Origin: an uncultured SAR86 cluster bacterium
GTDB taxonomy: Bacteria > Pseudomonadota > Gammaproteobacteria > Magnimaribacterales > D2472
Direction: 5' to 3'
Assembly: GCA_902515775.1 (NCBI GenBank)
Contig: CABXVU010000003.1
Location: 32,348-96,347 of the forward strand
DNA length: 64,000 bases
The stretch's first letter is position 1; every line of letters starts with the position of its first letter. Positions 9,762 through 19,320 of the stretch are shown here, in pieces. The notes under the pieces are model-generated. The model was not told the origin of the DNA. It did no database searches and was given only the letters and a program-made list of their open reading frames with translations. The position numbers and the translations under genes were made by a program.

Positions 9762-10954
9762 GTAACAAAATTTTTAAAGGAATGAGTTTATTATTGCTTC
9801 TGATTCTTGTTGTTGGCTGTGGAGGTGGTAAAGAGGAGGAAGAATTTAAATTTTATGCTTTAAAAGAAGCTGCATCTCAGCAACTGGAGCTAACAGTTGA
9901 AGCCTCAGGAGCTGTAGAAGCTATTTCTTCTATTGAAATTAAATCTAAAGCATCAGGACAAATACTTTTTTTAGGAGCAGAAATTGGAGACTATGTTGAA
10001 GAAGGAGTTGTTCTTGCAAGAATAGATCAAAGAACTCCAACAAACACTTTGGACCAAGCAAATGCAGATCTTGAGGTCGCCAAAGTACGTCTAAGCAATG
10101 CTAAAAATCAATTTGAACGCTCTAAAAGATTGCATGATGAAGGCAATATTTCTGATAAATCATTTGAAGATGCTCAAGAATCATTTTCTTCAGCAAGAGC
10201 CCAGCTTGTAAGAGCAGAGGTATTCCTTGAGAATGCAAGAATAGCTTTAGACGACACAAGTGTGAGATCTCCTATTGCAGGAACCGTTATAAGCAGACCA
10301 GCTGAAGTTGGTCAGGTAATTACTTCTCCAACATCAGCTGTGGGTGGAGGAACTTTATTAATGGAAATGGCTGATCTTGATAATGTAAGAGTAAGAGCAT
10401 TAATTGATGAGATTGACATTGGTAAAATTTCTATCGGTCAAGAAGTCACTTTAAAAGTTTCTGCATACAGAGATAAAAAATTTGTTGGAGTTGTTTCTAA
10501 GATTGAACCAATGTCAAGGGTTGATCAAAATGTCACAACATTCCCAGTATTGATTGATATTGAAAATAAAGATAATTTGCTGTTAATTGGAATGAATACA
10601 GATGTTGAAATAGAAATTCTCAATGAAAAAGTAGCATTAGCATTGCCTGCTGGATCATTAAGAACTAGAAAAGATATTTTATCTGTTGCTCCATTGTTAA
10701 ATATCAAAGAAGATCAATTAAGAAATTTTCTTGCAAATAAAGTTGATGGTGAAAACTTTGACGCATATATAGTTCTTAAAAAAACAAAAAAAGGTGCAGT
10801 ACCTACTTGGATAAAGACTGGAAAAACAGACCTTAATTATGTTGAGGTAAAGGACGGTATAAATTTAAAAGATACTGTTTATGTCCTTCCTAGTGAAGGT
10901 CTCATCAAGTATCAACAAAAATTTTCTGAACGAGTAAAAAATAGATTTGGTTAA
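9758..10954 (+). CDS. efflux periplasmic adaptor (HlyD/MacA family) lipoprotein
   Basis: Lipobox LVVGC, coiled-coil hairpin region, and a beta-barrel domain ([10 protein letters not shown]). It overlaps the ATPase gene by 4 nt. Confidence 0.85.
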   Translation: MSNKIFKGMSLLLLLILVVGCGGGKEEEEFKFYALKEAASQQLELTVEASGAVEAISSIEIKSKASGQILFLGAEIGDYVEEGVVLARIDQRTPTNTLDQANADLEVAKVRLSNAKNQFERSKRLHDEGNISDKSFEDAQESFSSARAQLVRAEVFLENARIALDDTSVRSPIAGTVISRPAEVGQVITSPTSAVGGGTLLMEMADLDNVRVRALIDEIDIGKISIGQEVTLKVSAYRDKKFVGVVSKIEPMSRVDQNVTTFPVLIDIENKDNLLLIGMNTDVEIEILNEKVALALPAGSLRTRKDILSVAPLLNIKEDQLRNFLANKVDGENFDAYIVLKKTKKGAVPTWIKTGKTDLNYVEVKDGINLKDTVYVLPSEGLIKYQQKFSERVKNRFG

Positions 10955-10957
10955 ATT

Positions 10958-12163
10958 ATGATCCTTGATGAATCAATAACTACCGCATTAGATTCAATTA
11001 AAGCTAATTTGTTAAGGTCACTGTTAACAACTATTGCAATTGTAATAGGTACAGCCTCTGTTATAGCTATGGTAGGTATTGGCTCAAGCGCACAAAGAGC
11101 AATCGATGATTCAATTACCAATGTTTCTGCAAGAACATTATCGGTTTATCCATCTAGAGGCAGAGGAAGTCAAAAAATTAACTCTACTCCTTTAACAATT
11201 TCTGACGCTGATGCTTTAATTGAGGATAATGAAATTAATTGGAGGGTTTCTCCTGAAATTAGAAGTAGTAAAAGTCTTAAATATGGTAATGAGAGCATTA
11301 CCATTTCTGTTATTGGCGGCAGAAAAACCTATTTTGATGTTCAAGGATATGAAATTGAAACTGGTAATTTTTTTACTGAACGTGATGATTTAGCCCGCAA
11401 AAGAGTAGCAGTTTTGGGTTCAAATGTTGGCACAGAGTTAAAAACATCCTCTAAAATGTTAATTGGCAAAGAGGTTGATATGGGCGGTGTAACTTTCAAA
11501 ATTATTGGAGCCCTTAAGCCAGAAGGTGCAACTGGTTGGTCTAATCCGGACGATATTATTTATGTTCCACTACTGACTGCGTCCGACAGATTATTTGGTC
11601 GAGATAGAGTTGATTCAATTAGAGTTGAAGTTCCAAATACCTACACCCCAGAAGAAGCTATGATATCAATTGAAAGAGTTTTAAGAAGAGAGCATGATAT
11701 TGGCCCGGGAGAAGAAAATAATTTCAGAATTAATGACTGGTCACAATTTACTGATCTAAGAAAACAAGCAACCGCTATTTTCTCCGGATTGCTAATTGGT
11801 ATTGCAGGAATAAGTCTTATGGTTGGCGGCATCGGTGTAATGAATATTATGTTGGTATCTGTGACTGAAAGAACCCGGGAAATTGGATTAAGAAAGGCAT
11901 TAGGAGCCACACAAAACGCAATTTTACTTCAATTCATTATCGAGGCTGTAACTCTTTGTATTATTGGAGGCATTATTGGAGTAATTTTTGGCTCAAGCCT
12001 GTATTTCTTAGTCACAGTTTTTCAAGATTGGGTTTTTACAATACCTTTTTCTGCAATCATTGGGTCAGTAATATTTTCAGGCTGTGTTGGCTTATTTTTT
12101 GGAATTTGGCCTGCAAAAAAAGCTGCTGCACTAGATCCAGCTGTTGCCTTACGTTTTGAGTAA
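10958..12163 (+). CDS. ABC transporter permease (MacB/FtsX family)
   Basis: N-terminal TM segment, a large periplasmic domain, and a C-terminal FtsX-type 3-TM bundle with TERTREIGLRKALGA. Confidence 0.9.
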   Translation: MILDESITTALDSIKANLLRSLLTTIAIVIGTASVIAMVGIGSSAQRAIDDSITNVSARTLSVYPSRGRGSQKINSTPLTISDADALIEDNEINWRVSPEIRSSKSLKYGNESITISVIGGRKTYFDVQGYEIETGNFFTERDDLARKRVAVLGSNVGTELKTSSKMLIGKEVDMGGVTFKIIGALKPEGATGWSNPDDIIYVPLLTASDRLFGRDRVDSIRVEVPNTYTPEEAMISIERVLRREHDIGPGEENNFRINDWSQFTDLRKQATAIFSGLLIGIAGISLMVGGIGVMNIMLVSVTERTREIGLRKALGATQNAILLQFIIEAVTLCIIGGIIGVIFGSSLYFLVTVFQDWVFTIPFSAIIGSVIFSGCVGLFFGIWPAKKAAALDPAVALRFE

Positions 12164-12166
12164 AAC

Positions 12167-13261
12167 ATGAGGATACTTCAACTTTTACCCGAACTTAAGA
12201 TTGGGGGAGTTGAGCGAGGCACAGTTGATCTTTCGCACGAACTTGTTGCAGATAATCATGTTTCAGGTGTTGTGTCTGCTGGCGGACATCTAGAGGAATC
12301 CCTCAAGTCACATGGCGCACAACATTTTAATTTACCTATTGCAAAGAAAAATTTTCAAGCATTAAAGCAATTTCGTAAATTAAGAGAAATTTACAAAGAC
12401 TTTAAACCAGATATTATTCATGTAAGGTCAAGATTTCCTGCCTGGATTAACTTTCTAGCTTTAAAAAATTATTCAGATATACGACCTTTGGTCATTTCAA
12501 CTTTTCATGGTCTATACAGCAAACCTTTTTATAGTAAATCGATGTCTTACGCGGATGAAATTATTACTATTTCCAAAACTGTTAATGACTATGTGTTAAA
12601 AAATTATCGTGTCAATAAAGAAAATCTTCACTTAATTTATCGTGGTTGTGATTTAGAAGAATTCAATACTTCCAGTGTGCCAGAGGAATGGAAGAAAGAT
12701 TGGTTCGATGAATTTCCGCAAACAAAAGATAAAACCTTATTAACTCTTCCTGGAAGAATTACAGGTTGGAAGGGAATTGAATCTTTCATTAGTTTAATTA
12801 AGAATTTAAAAGGCAAAAATTATCATGGGCTCATACCTGGGCCAGTAAGTCCAAATAAGAAAAATTACTTTAACTCGTTAAAAAAGCTTGTTAAAAAAAA
12901 TGATCTTGAATCACAAATTACTTTTTGTGGGGCACGAAAGGATATAGCTAATATATATAAGATATCTGCTATAGTTTTTAATCTATCATCTAAACCTGAA
13001 CCATTTGGCAGAACAATTATTGAGGCAGCTGGTTGCGGCACGCGTGTTATGGGATGGAATCAAGGCGGAGTTGGAGAATCGATTGATGCAATTAACCCAG
13101 TAGGACTTATTCCGTTTGAAGATGAAAGGGCCCTCATAGAAGGAATACCAGCGTTAATAAAAGAAGACTGCCCTCAATCGATACCTGAGAAATTTTCAAA
13201 AAAGTATCAAGCAAATCAAACCATTGCATTATATAAACAAGCATTAAAAGACCATCGATAA
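12167..13261 (+). CDS. glycosyltransferase family 1 (GT-B)
   Basis: N-terminal KIGGVERGTVDL and C-terminal EPFGRTIIEAAGCGTRV (the E-x7-E region). Confidence 0.8.
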   Translation: MRILQLLPELKIGGVERGTVDLSHELVADNHVSGVVSAGGHLEESLKSHGAQHFNLPIAKKNFQALKQFRKLREIYKDFKPDIIHVRSRFPAWINFLALKNYSDIRPLVISTFHGLYSKPFYSKSMSYADEIITISKTVNDYVLKNYRVNKENLHLIYRGCDLEEFNTSSVPEEWKKDWFDEFPQTKDKTLLTLPGRITGWKGIESFISLIKNLKGKNYHGLIPGPVSPNKKNYFNSLKKLVKKNDLESQITFCGARKDIANIYKISAIVFNLSSKPEPFGRTIIEAAGCGTRVMGWNQGGVGESIDAINPVGLIPFEDERALIEGIPALIKEDCPQSIPEKFSKKYQANQTIALYKQALKDHR

Positions 13262-13273
13262 ATCAAGAATTAA

Positions 13274-13810
13274 TTAATAATTTTCTATAACTGCTCTTTT
13301 AATTGCCGAGAGATCAAACTGAGATAACATGGGAATCATTTCTTCAATCACTGATTGCAATGAGTTTAAATCCTTTGGCGTAGCTAAGAATTCTTTGGGG
13401 ATTATTTTAGAAATTTCATGTAAATCTGTACCAATTATTGGAATTTCATAATTCAATGCTTGACGAATCAAATCAACATTTTCTTCTTTTAGATAGGGAA
13501 TGATTAAACATTTAGCATTTTGAAATTTTTCATAAATTTTTTTAACTGAATCATTTCTTTCAATTTTAATTTTGTTATCTAAACCATTAGATTTAATTAA
13601 TTCATTAAGTGAAGACTCTTGACTCCCTTTGCCAATGATCTCCAGTTTTTCATCAATGTTAATCCATGATTGAATCAGTAAATCAAAACCACTATTAATC
13701 TCTAAAGGGCCAACTGAAATTATTTTTCCATTTTTCGATGACTTAAATTTTTGCTTATCAATCACGAAGATATTTTTGAATCGCAAATGAAACTTTTTCC
13801 ACTTCTGCAA
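13274..13810 (-). CDS. glycosyltransferase C-terminal-domain-only protein (possibly a truncated remnant)
   Basis: The 178-aa product resembles only the second Rossmann half of GT1 enzymes (EENVDLIRQALNYEIPIIGTDL). Its start overlaps the upstream gene by 53 nt. Confidence 0.4.
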   Translation of the reverse strand: MQKWKKFHLRFKNIFVIDKQKFKSSKNGKIISVGPLEINSGFDLLIQSWINIDEKLEIIGKGSQESSLNELIKSNGLDNKIKIERNDSVKKIYEKFQNAKCLIIPYLKEENVDLIRQALNYEIPIIGTDLHEISKIIPKEFLATPKDLNSLQSVIEEMIPMLSQFDLSAIKRAVIENY

Positions 13811-14723
13811 GCGGCTCTAAAATAGGATGTGGATTTTCAATTTTTGATATATTTAAGTTATTTTTCTTTGCAAGCAGACTTACTACCCCAACTCGCTTTG
13901 AAATTACTAGCTCATTCATAGTGGACCTAATCTTTTTAGAACCAAACCATCTTCTATAACTTGGACTTTCTATTTGAATTAAATATGTTTTTCCATGCGT
14001 TGAAAGTGATTCAAAGACCAGATTTGCACTATCTGGCGTAACAAATTTTAAAGATGATTCACTCAGACTTGCATTAAATGAAATATCATTTGGATGGTTA
14101 ATATCTATGAATCTTGCATTACTAAAATTTTTCAATTCATTTTCAATTCGAGCATTTAAGGATTGAGGCGTTCTTCTTGAGTTAAAGATTTTAAAGTCAT
14201 GATTTGGATGGATGTTTAAAACATATTGTAACTGCATCAAAACTACTTCTTCGAAAAACTTGTAATGTTTGCTTTTGCCACCGATAGCAATAATTGCTTT
14301 TTTATCATCTGAGGCTGTAAAGGAGGGTGATGCAAGCGCTCCTTGATATGTAATGACGTTTTTTGGAACTATTCGTCTAATAAAATCATGTTCTGGAGCA
14401 CAAATTAAATCAAAAGCAGTTATATTTCTCGAGGGACACATAATAGCAATAGAGATTGAATCTAAATCTAAGGTTTCTTTAATAAATTTTTTTGAACTAA
14501 TAATTTTAGGGTAAACACCATGGCCTGCTCCTATAAGAACAATAGGTAAGTTTTTATTATCAACCCTCATCAATGTAGATTGAAGAATATCAACAGCATT
14601 ATTCTTTTTATCGCAATTGATTGAGGATAGAGTAAGCTGAACTTCTTTTTGAAGTTGCGTTAGTAAAGCATCAACTTGTTTAAGATGCCCGGTTACCGAA
14701 TCTTTAAACCAAAATACATGCAT
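13758..14723 (-). CDS. ELM1/DUF1022-like putative glycosyltransferase
   Basis: N-terminal FKDSVTGHLKQVDAL, then VLIGAGHG and AIGGKSKHYKF, recalled as features of the ELM1 family. By-eye call only. Confidence 0.5.
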   Translation of the reverse strand: MHVFWFKDSVTGHLKQVDALLTQLQKEVQLTLSSINCDKKNNAVDILQSTLMRVDNKNLPIVLIGAGHGVYPKIISSKKFIKETLDLDSISIAIMCPSRNITAFDLICAPEHDFIRRIVPKNVITYQGALASPSFTASDDKKAIIAIGGKSKHYKFFEEVVLMQLQYVLNIHPNHDFKIFNSRRTPQSLNARIENELKNFSNARFIDINHPNDISFNASLSESSLKFVTPDSANLVFESLSTHGKTYLIQIESPSYRRWFGSKKIRSTMNELVISKRVGVVSLLAKKNNLNISKIENPHPILEPLAEVEKVSFAIQKYLRD

Positions 14724-14804
14724 TAAGTCATAACTCTCTTTATAATTAAAAACAATACCTACAAATTCATTGTATAGAAATCTTTATTTATCATAGAGTA
14801 ATTC

Positions 14805-14984
14805 ATGAAAGATATTAACCAAATCGCAATTGATCTGATATCACAATACGGTGAAGACGCAGAATCAATTGCTATGCTTAGAGCTGCAGAGTACGCTGCA
14901 AATCTAAACACTGAAGAATGGGCTATTTGGGAGATTGTTTTAAAAGAAATAAAAAATATTTCAAATAGTTCCAGCAAACAATAG
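14805..14984 (+). CDS. 59-aa conserved-looking small helical protein (below the ORF-track cutoff)
   Basis: My own translation gives MKDINQIAIDLISQYGEDAESIAMLRAAEYAANLNTEEWAIWEIVLKEIKNISNSSSKQ. The composition looks protein-like, unlike the listed antisense 81-aa ORF. Confidence 0.5.
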   Translation: MKDINQIAIDLISQYGEDAESIAMLRAAEYAANLNTEEWAIWEIVLKEIKNISNSSSKQ

Positions 14985-15003
14985 ACTTTACTCCAAAGGA
15001 GCA

Positions 15004-15024
15004 AGCGGGCATGGCCAGCCCGCT
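15004..15024. other. GC-rich hairpin in AT-rich spacer
   Basis: AGCGGGC-atggcca-GCCCGCT, a 7-bp stem. No T-run follows it. Confidence 0.3.
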
Positions 15025-15245
15025 CTAATTGGTCTTAGGGAAAATTTTAGAGGAAAATTTTAACCAACATACTATTAAGACAAGTCGATTGATAAAAAGT
15101 TCAGATATATTTTATTTTTAATTTAGAAATAAGAATTATCTAAAAACATTTATTATTTTTTACGAGATATTAAAAAACATACAATTAAAAGCCCAATGGT
15201 TGGAATTGCATATGCAGTTATTACCAAAATTTTGTCAACCATTAC

Positions 15246-16943
15246 TTAATATCCTGCAGCCCTTGAATCAGGTCTTCTAGTGTCTCCAAACCCGTAGAAT
15301 AAATCATTTTGAATTTCGAGGCTTTCTAATGAAGTTCTGGGGCCTGAAGAAATTATTTTTTGACCAAAAGACTCTATTTCTCTTGCATGATTTATATCAA
15401 ATCCTTTCTCTAGGAATAATATGTCAGGGACCCACTGATGATGAATTCTAGGCACGACAGTTGCGTCAGATATTTCCATATCAAAAACAAGCATATTTAG
15501 AAGAAATTGAAGTACTGCAGTAATAATTACTGAGCCTCCTGGAGACCCTGTAGCGATAATTGGGCTTGAATCTTTAAATACTAAAGTAGGAGTCATTGAG
15601 CTAAGAGGCCGTTTAAATGGCTCAATTTTATTTGCCTCACCCCCCAACAATCCAAATTGATTTGGAACTCCCGGTGCTGAAACAAAATCATCCATTTCAT
15701 TATTCATAATAATGCCAGTGTCTGTAATGACCACACCTGATCCATATCCTGAGTTTAAGGTATAAGTATTTGATACAATATTACCAAAACTATCGGCCAC
15801 AGAAAAATGAGTTGTATCTTCGCTTTCATATGGAATTAATTTTCCAGGAAGAATTTCAGAGGAGGGCGTGACCTTGTTTATTTTAATTTTTTTAAAAATT
15901 GCTTGAGCATACTGTTTACTGACTAGTCTTGATGTTGGTACCTCAAAAAAATCAGGATCAGCTAAATATTTTGATCGGTCTGCATAAGCGAATTTCATGA
16001 CTTCTGAAAGCAGAGCTGCATATGCAGCTGAATTATGCCCAAGTTCTTCTAAATTAAAATTTTCTAAAATATTTAGCATTTGGATGATATGAATTCCACC
16101 TGATGATGGTGGGGCCATGGTAATTATTTCATATTCTTTAAAATTTCCTTTTAAGGGTTCCCGCCAAACTGGACGATACTCCTTGAGATCTTGCAGACTG
16201 ATTAGGCCCTCTCTATTTTCCATATCTGTGACAATTTTGTCTGCGACTTCACCTCCATAAAAACCTTTTACACCTTTCTTAGAAATAATTTTTAAAGTCT
16301 CTGCAAGCTCTAATTGCAACAATCTTTTATTCATCTGTACAGGATATTCTTTATAAAATATTTTTTTAAAATTTTTATAATTACTTAATTTTTTATATCT
16401 TTTATTTAATGCATCAACCATAAAAGGAGACATAATAAAGCCTTCCTCAGCTAACTTAATTGCAGGATCAAGCAATTTTTTCCATGGTAGACTGCCAAAT
16501 TTTTTGTGAACTTCCCACATTCCATAAACGGTTCCAGGAACACCTATTGAAAGAATTCCCTCTCTTGCTCTTTTGTTATTAACCGAACCGTCATCATTTA
16601 GATACATGTCTTTACTTGCTAAAGCTGGAGCTTTTTCTCTGTAATCTATGCTGTAAGATTTATTAGTTTTTTCATCATACATGACCATGAATCCACCGCC
16701 GCCAATATTTCCAGCTCTCGGTAAAACAACAGCTAAGGCAAAAGCTACAGCAATTGATGCATCATATGCATTGCCTCCATCTTCAAGAATTTGGGCTCCG
16801 ACACTTGATGCTAGATAGTGTTGAGATACAACCATGCCATTTTGATCAACTTCTGGGTGAACAATAGAATCGGAACTAAAAATAGATGCATGAATAACAA
16901 AAGGTAGAAATAATATAGTTAAGCAAATATATTTTGCTCTCAT
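15246..16943 (-). CDS. ggt: gamma-glutamyltranspeptidase
   Basis: Signal peptide, the autoprocessing and nucleophile region EDTTHFSVAD, plus GGGGFMVMY and TGSPGGS motifs. Confidence 0.95.
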   Translation of the reverse strand: MRAKYICLTILFLPFVIHASIFSSDSIVHPEVDQNGMVVSQHYLASSVGAQILEDGGNAYDASIAVAFALAVVLPRAGNIGGGGFMVMYDEKTNKSYSIDYREKAPALASKDMYLNDDGSVNNKRAREGILSIGVPGTVYGMWEVHKKFGSLPWKKLLDPAIKLAEEGFIMSPFMVDALNKRYKKLSNYKNFKKIFYKEYPVQMNKRLLQLELAETLKIISKKGVKGFYGGEVADKIVTDMENREGLISLQDLKEYRPVWREPLKGNFKEYEIITMAPPSSGGIHIIQMLNILENFNLEELGHNSAAYAALLSEVMKFAYADRSKYLADPDFFEVPTSRLVSKQYAQAIFKKIKINKVTPSSEILPGKLIPYESEDTTHFSVADSFGNIVSNTYTLNSGYGSGVVITDTGIIMNNEMDDFVSAPGVPNQFGLLGGEANKIEPFKRPLSSMTPTLVFKDSSPIIATGSPGGSVIITAVLQFLLNMLVFDMEISDATVVPRIHHQWVPDILFLEKGFDINHAREIESFGQKIISSGPRTSLESLEIQNDLFYGFGDTRRPDSRAAGY

Positions 16944-17686
16944 GTTAACAATCCACCATCAACTCTGAGATCTATTCCATTGATATGAATAGCATCCTCA
17001 GATGCTAAAAATGCAATAGTACTGGCAATATCATCTGGGGATCTATTTACTCCATCAAGAGGCATGATTTTCTTTAATAAACGAGTATCAATATCTTTTG
17101 GCATTTTTGGATTTGTAGACATTGGAGTTTGAATAGATGCAGGACATACGCAATTTATATTTAAACCACGCATTCCATACTCTACTGCTAGGGTCTTTGA
17201 AAAAGCACTTATTCCTCCTTTTGAAGCGCTATAGGCTGCAGTCCAAGCATGGGCTCCTATGGCTGCCGATGAGGAAACATTTACAATTGCTCCCTTACTC
17301 TCAAGAAGTAATGGAAGAGCATATCGACACATAAAAAATGTGCCAGTTAAATTTATTTCCAAAATCTTATTCCAATTTTCAATTTCTACCTCATGCGAAT
17401 TATCAAAACGTAAAATTCCAGCAACATTGATTAGTGCGTCTAGTTGTTTATTGGTTTCTTGGAAATCTTTGAAAAATTTTTTTGTTTCATTTAGAGAGGC
17501 TATATTAATTATGTGAGAAGTTGAACTTTGATTTTTTAACATAGAGTGAGTTGTACCGAGTTCCTCCTCATTGATATCAATAACTAATAATTTTGCTCCC
17601 TCAGCATCCAACCTTAGAGCAGTAGATTTACCAATGCCAGACCCAGCTCCAGTGACAATTACAGTTTTATCTTTAAATCTATCCAT
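16940..17686 (-). CDS. SDR family oxidoreductase (FabG-like)
   Basis: TGAGSGIGK, NVAG, and YSASKGG (Y-x3-K). An ATGA overlap links it to ggt. Confidence 0.9.
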   Translation of the reverse strand: MDRFKDKTVIVTGAGSGIGKSTALRLDAEGAKLLVIDINEEELGTTHSMLKNQSSTSHIINIASLNETKKFFKDFQETNKQLDALINVAGILRFDNSHEVEIENWNKILEINLTGTFFMCRYALPLLLESKGAIVNVSSSAAIGAHAWTAAYSASKGGISAFSKTLAVEYGMRGLNINCVCPASIQTPMSTNPKMPKDIDTRLLKKIMPLDGVNRSPDDIASTIAFLASEDAIHINGIDLRVDGGLLT

Positions 17687-17700
17687 ACTATTTTTATAAT

Positions 17701-19320
17701 TTATGAAAGTTTTTCTTCAGCAAAAGATTTAGCCCATTTATAATTTGCTTTTCCATTTGGAGCTCTTTGAACTTCATTTGTAAAAATGATTGCTTTTGGA
17801 AGTTTATAGCCGGCTATTGTTTTTCTGGTGTCTTCAATGAGTTGCAATTGATCTAATTCCTTGTTGTCTACCGTTGATACAACAGCAACGATTTTTTGTC
17901 CAAACTTTTCATCTGGCAAGCCTACAACTAAACAATCAAAAACATCATCATTTTTCTTTAGCGCCTCCTCAACTTCTTCAGGATAGATTTTTTCACCAGC
18001 CGAATTTATGCAATTACTACCTCTACCTAAAAGAGTAATTGTTCCATCACTTGCAAACTTTGCATAATCTCCCGGGAAACTATATCTAGTGCCATTGATT
18101 TCTCTAAAAGTTTCAGCAGATTTTTTTTCATCTTTGTAATAACCAACAGGCACCAATCCAGATGTGCCTATTAACCCAATTTTTTTTGAACCTGGTTCAA
18201 GTATTTCTCCATCATCGGCCAATATAATAACTCCTGGATTAATGGAAAATTTTGCAGTTTCAGAAGGATTATCTCTAGTAGTCACAGAACTACCAATGCC
18301 TCCCTCAGTAGAACCCATGGTATCCATTAAAGTCATGTCATGATGACTTAATAAACCTTGTTTTACCTCAGAGCTCCACATTACCCCGCTGGAGATAATA
18401 ACCTGCACTGAACTTATATCGTATGGATTATTTGTTTCTTTTGCTGCATTCAGAGAATCTAACATTGGCTTGGCAAATGCATCACCTACAATCACTATAT
18501 TAGTTGCTTTTTTATCTTGTACTTGTTTCCATAATTTATCTGAGTCAAAACCTAGATTAGATGTTGTGATAACTGTTCCTCCCAATAGCAATGGAAGGAA
18601 GGCTCCTAACCACATACCAGTTCCATGCATCAATGGACAGCCAACTAAACTTTTTATAAATTGATCATTTGCTTTCGATGTCTTAATGGATTCCTCTAAA
18701 TTATTCAGATCCTCAGGAACATCGTATCCCATTGCTTTAAGGGTTCTAAACAAAAACGCTAAAAATTCCCCTTGTTTATACATCACTCCTTTTGGCATAC
18801 CAGTTGTCCCACCGGTATAAAGCATATATACGGTTTCAGGATCTCTAGAAATTCTCTCCATAGGAGAGTAATTTTGTAATATTTCTTCATACTGCATGGC
18901 ATGATCAAAGTCAGGTTTTCTTCCATCAGGCACTTCAATCCAAGCTTTTATATTAGGTAAAGATTTGGCAATTTCATTAATTCTTGAGCTGTAACATGCA
19001 TGGTAAAAAACTGCCTCAGAATCAGAATTATCCAGCAGATAAATTAGCTCTTCTTCTACATACCGATAATTTACATTTATTGGGACACCGCCAATTTTAA
19101 AAATAGCATTTTGTCCAATTAAGTATTCATTCGAATTATTTAAATAAAGTCCCGCTTTAGAATTAGGCCCAAGTCCAGCTTTAACAAGTGCAGATGCAAC
19201 TTTGCTAGATCTATAATCATAATCTTTCCAAGAAACTATTTCTTCACCACATATAAGAGCATCATTCTCAGGCACTAAGTCTGCAACCATTTCCCAAACT
19301 GAAGCAAAATCTAAATTCAT
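17701..19320 (-). CDS. AMP-dependent acyl-CoA synthetase/ligase
   Basis: AMP-binding motif YTGGTTGMPKGV. The preferred start MNLDFAS at 19320 forms an ATGA overlap with the upstream stop. The track start at 19374 would overlap the upstream gene by 58 nt. Confidence 0.9.
   Translation of the reverse strand: MNLDFASVWEMVADLVPENDALICGEEIVSWKDYDYRSSKVASALVKAGLGPNSKAGLYLNNSNEYLIGQNAIFKIGGVPINVNYRYVEEELIYLLDNSDSEAVFYHACYSSRINEIAKSLPNIKAWIEVPDGRKPDFDHAMQYEEILQNYSPMERISRDPETVYMLYTGGTTGMPKGVMYKQGEFLAFLFRTLKAMGYDVPEDLNNLEESIKTSKANDQFIKSLVGCPLMHGTGMWLGAFLPLLLGGTVITTSNLGFDSDKLWKQVQDKKATNIVIVGDAFAKPMLDSLNAAKETNNPYDISSVQVIISSGVMWSSEVKQGLLSHHDMTLMDTMGSTEGGIGSSVTTRDNPSETAKFSINPGVIILADDGEILEPGSKKIGLIGTSGLVPVGYYKDEKKSAETFREINGTRYSFPGDYAKFASDGTITLLGRGSNCINSAGEKIYPEEVEEALKKNDDVFDCLVVGLPDEKFGQKIVAVVSTVDNKELDQLQLIEDTRKTIAGYKLPKAIIFTNEVQRAPNGKANYKWAKSFAEEKLS

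Noticed and set aside
14759-15004. 81-aa minus-strand ORF from the track
   Set aside because: The plus-strand 59-aa ORF covering the same DNA has far more protein-like composition and an N-terminal pattern resembling a known small-protein family.
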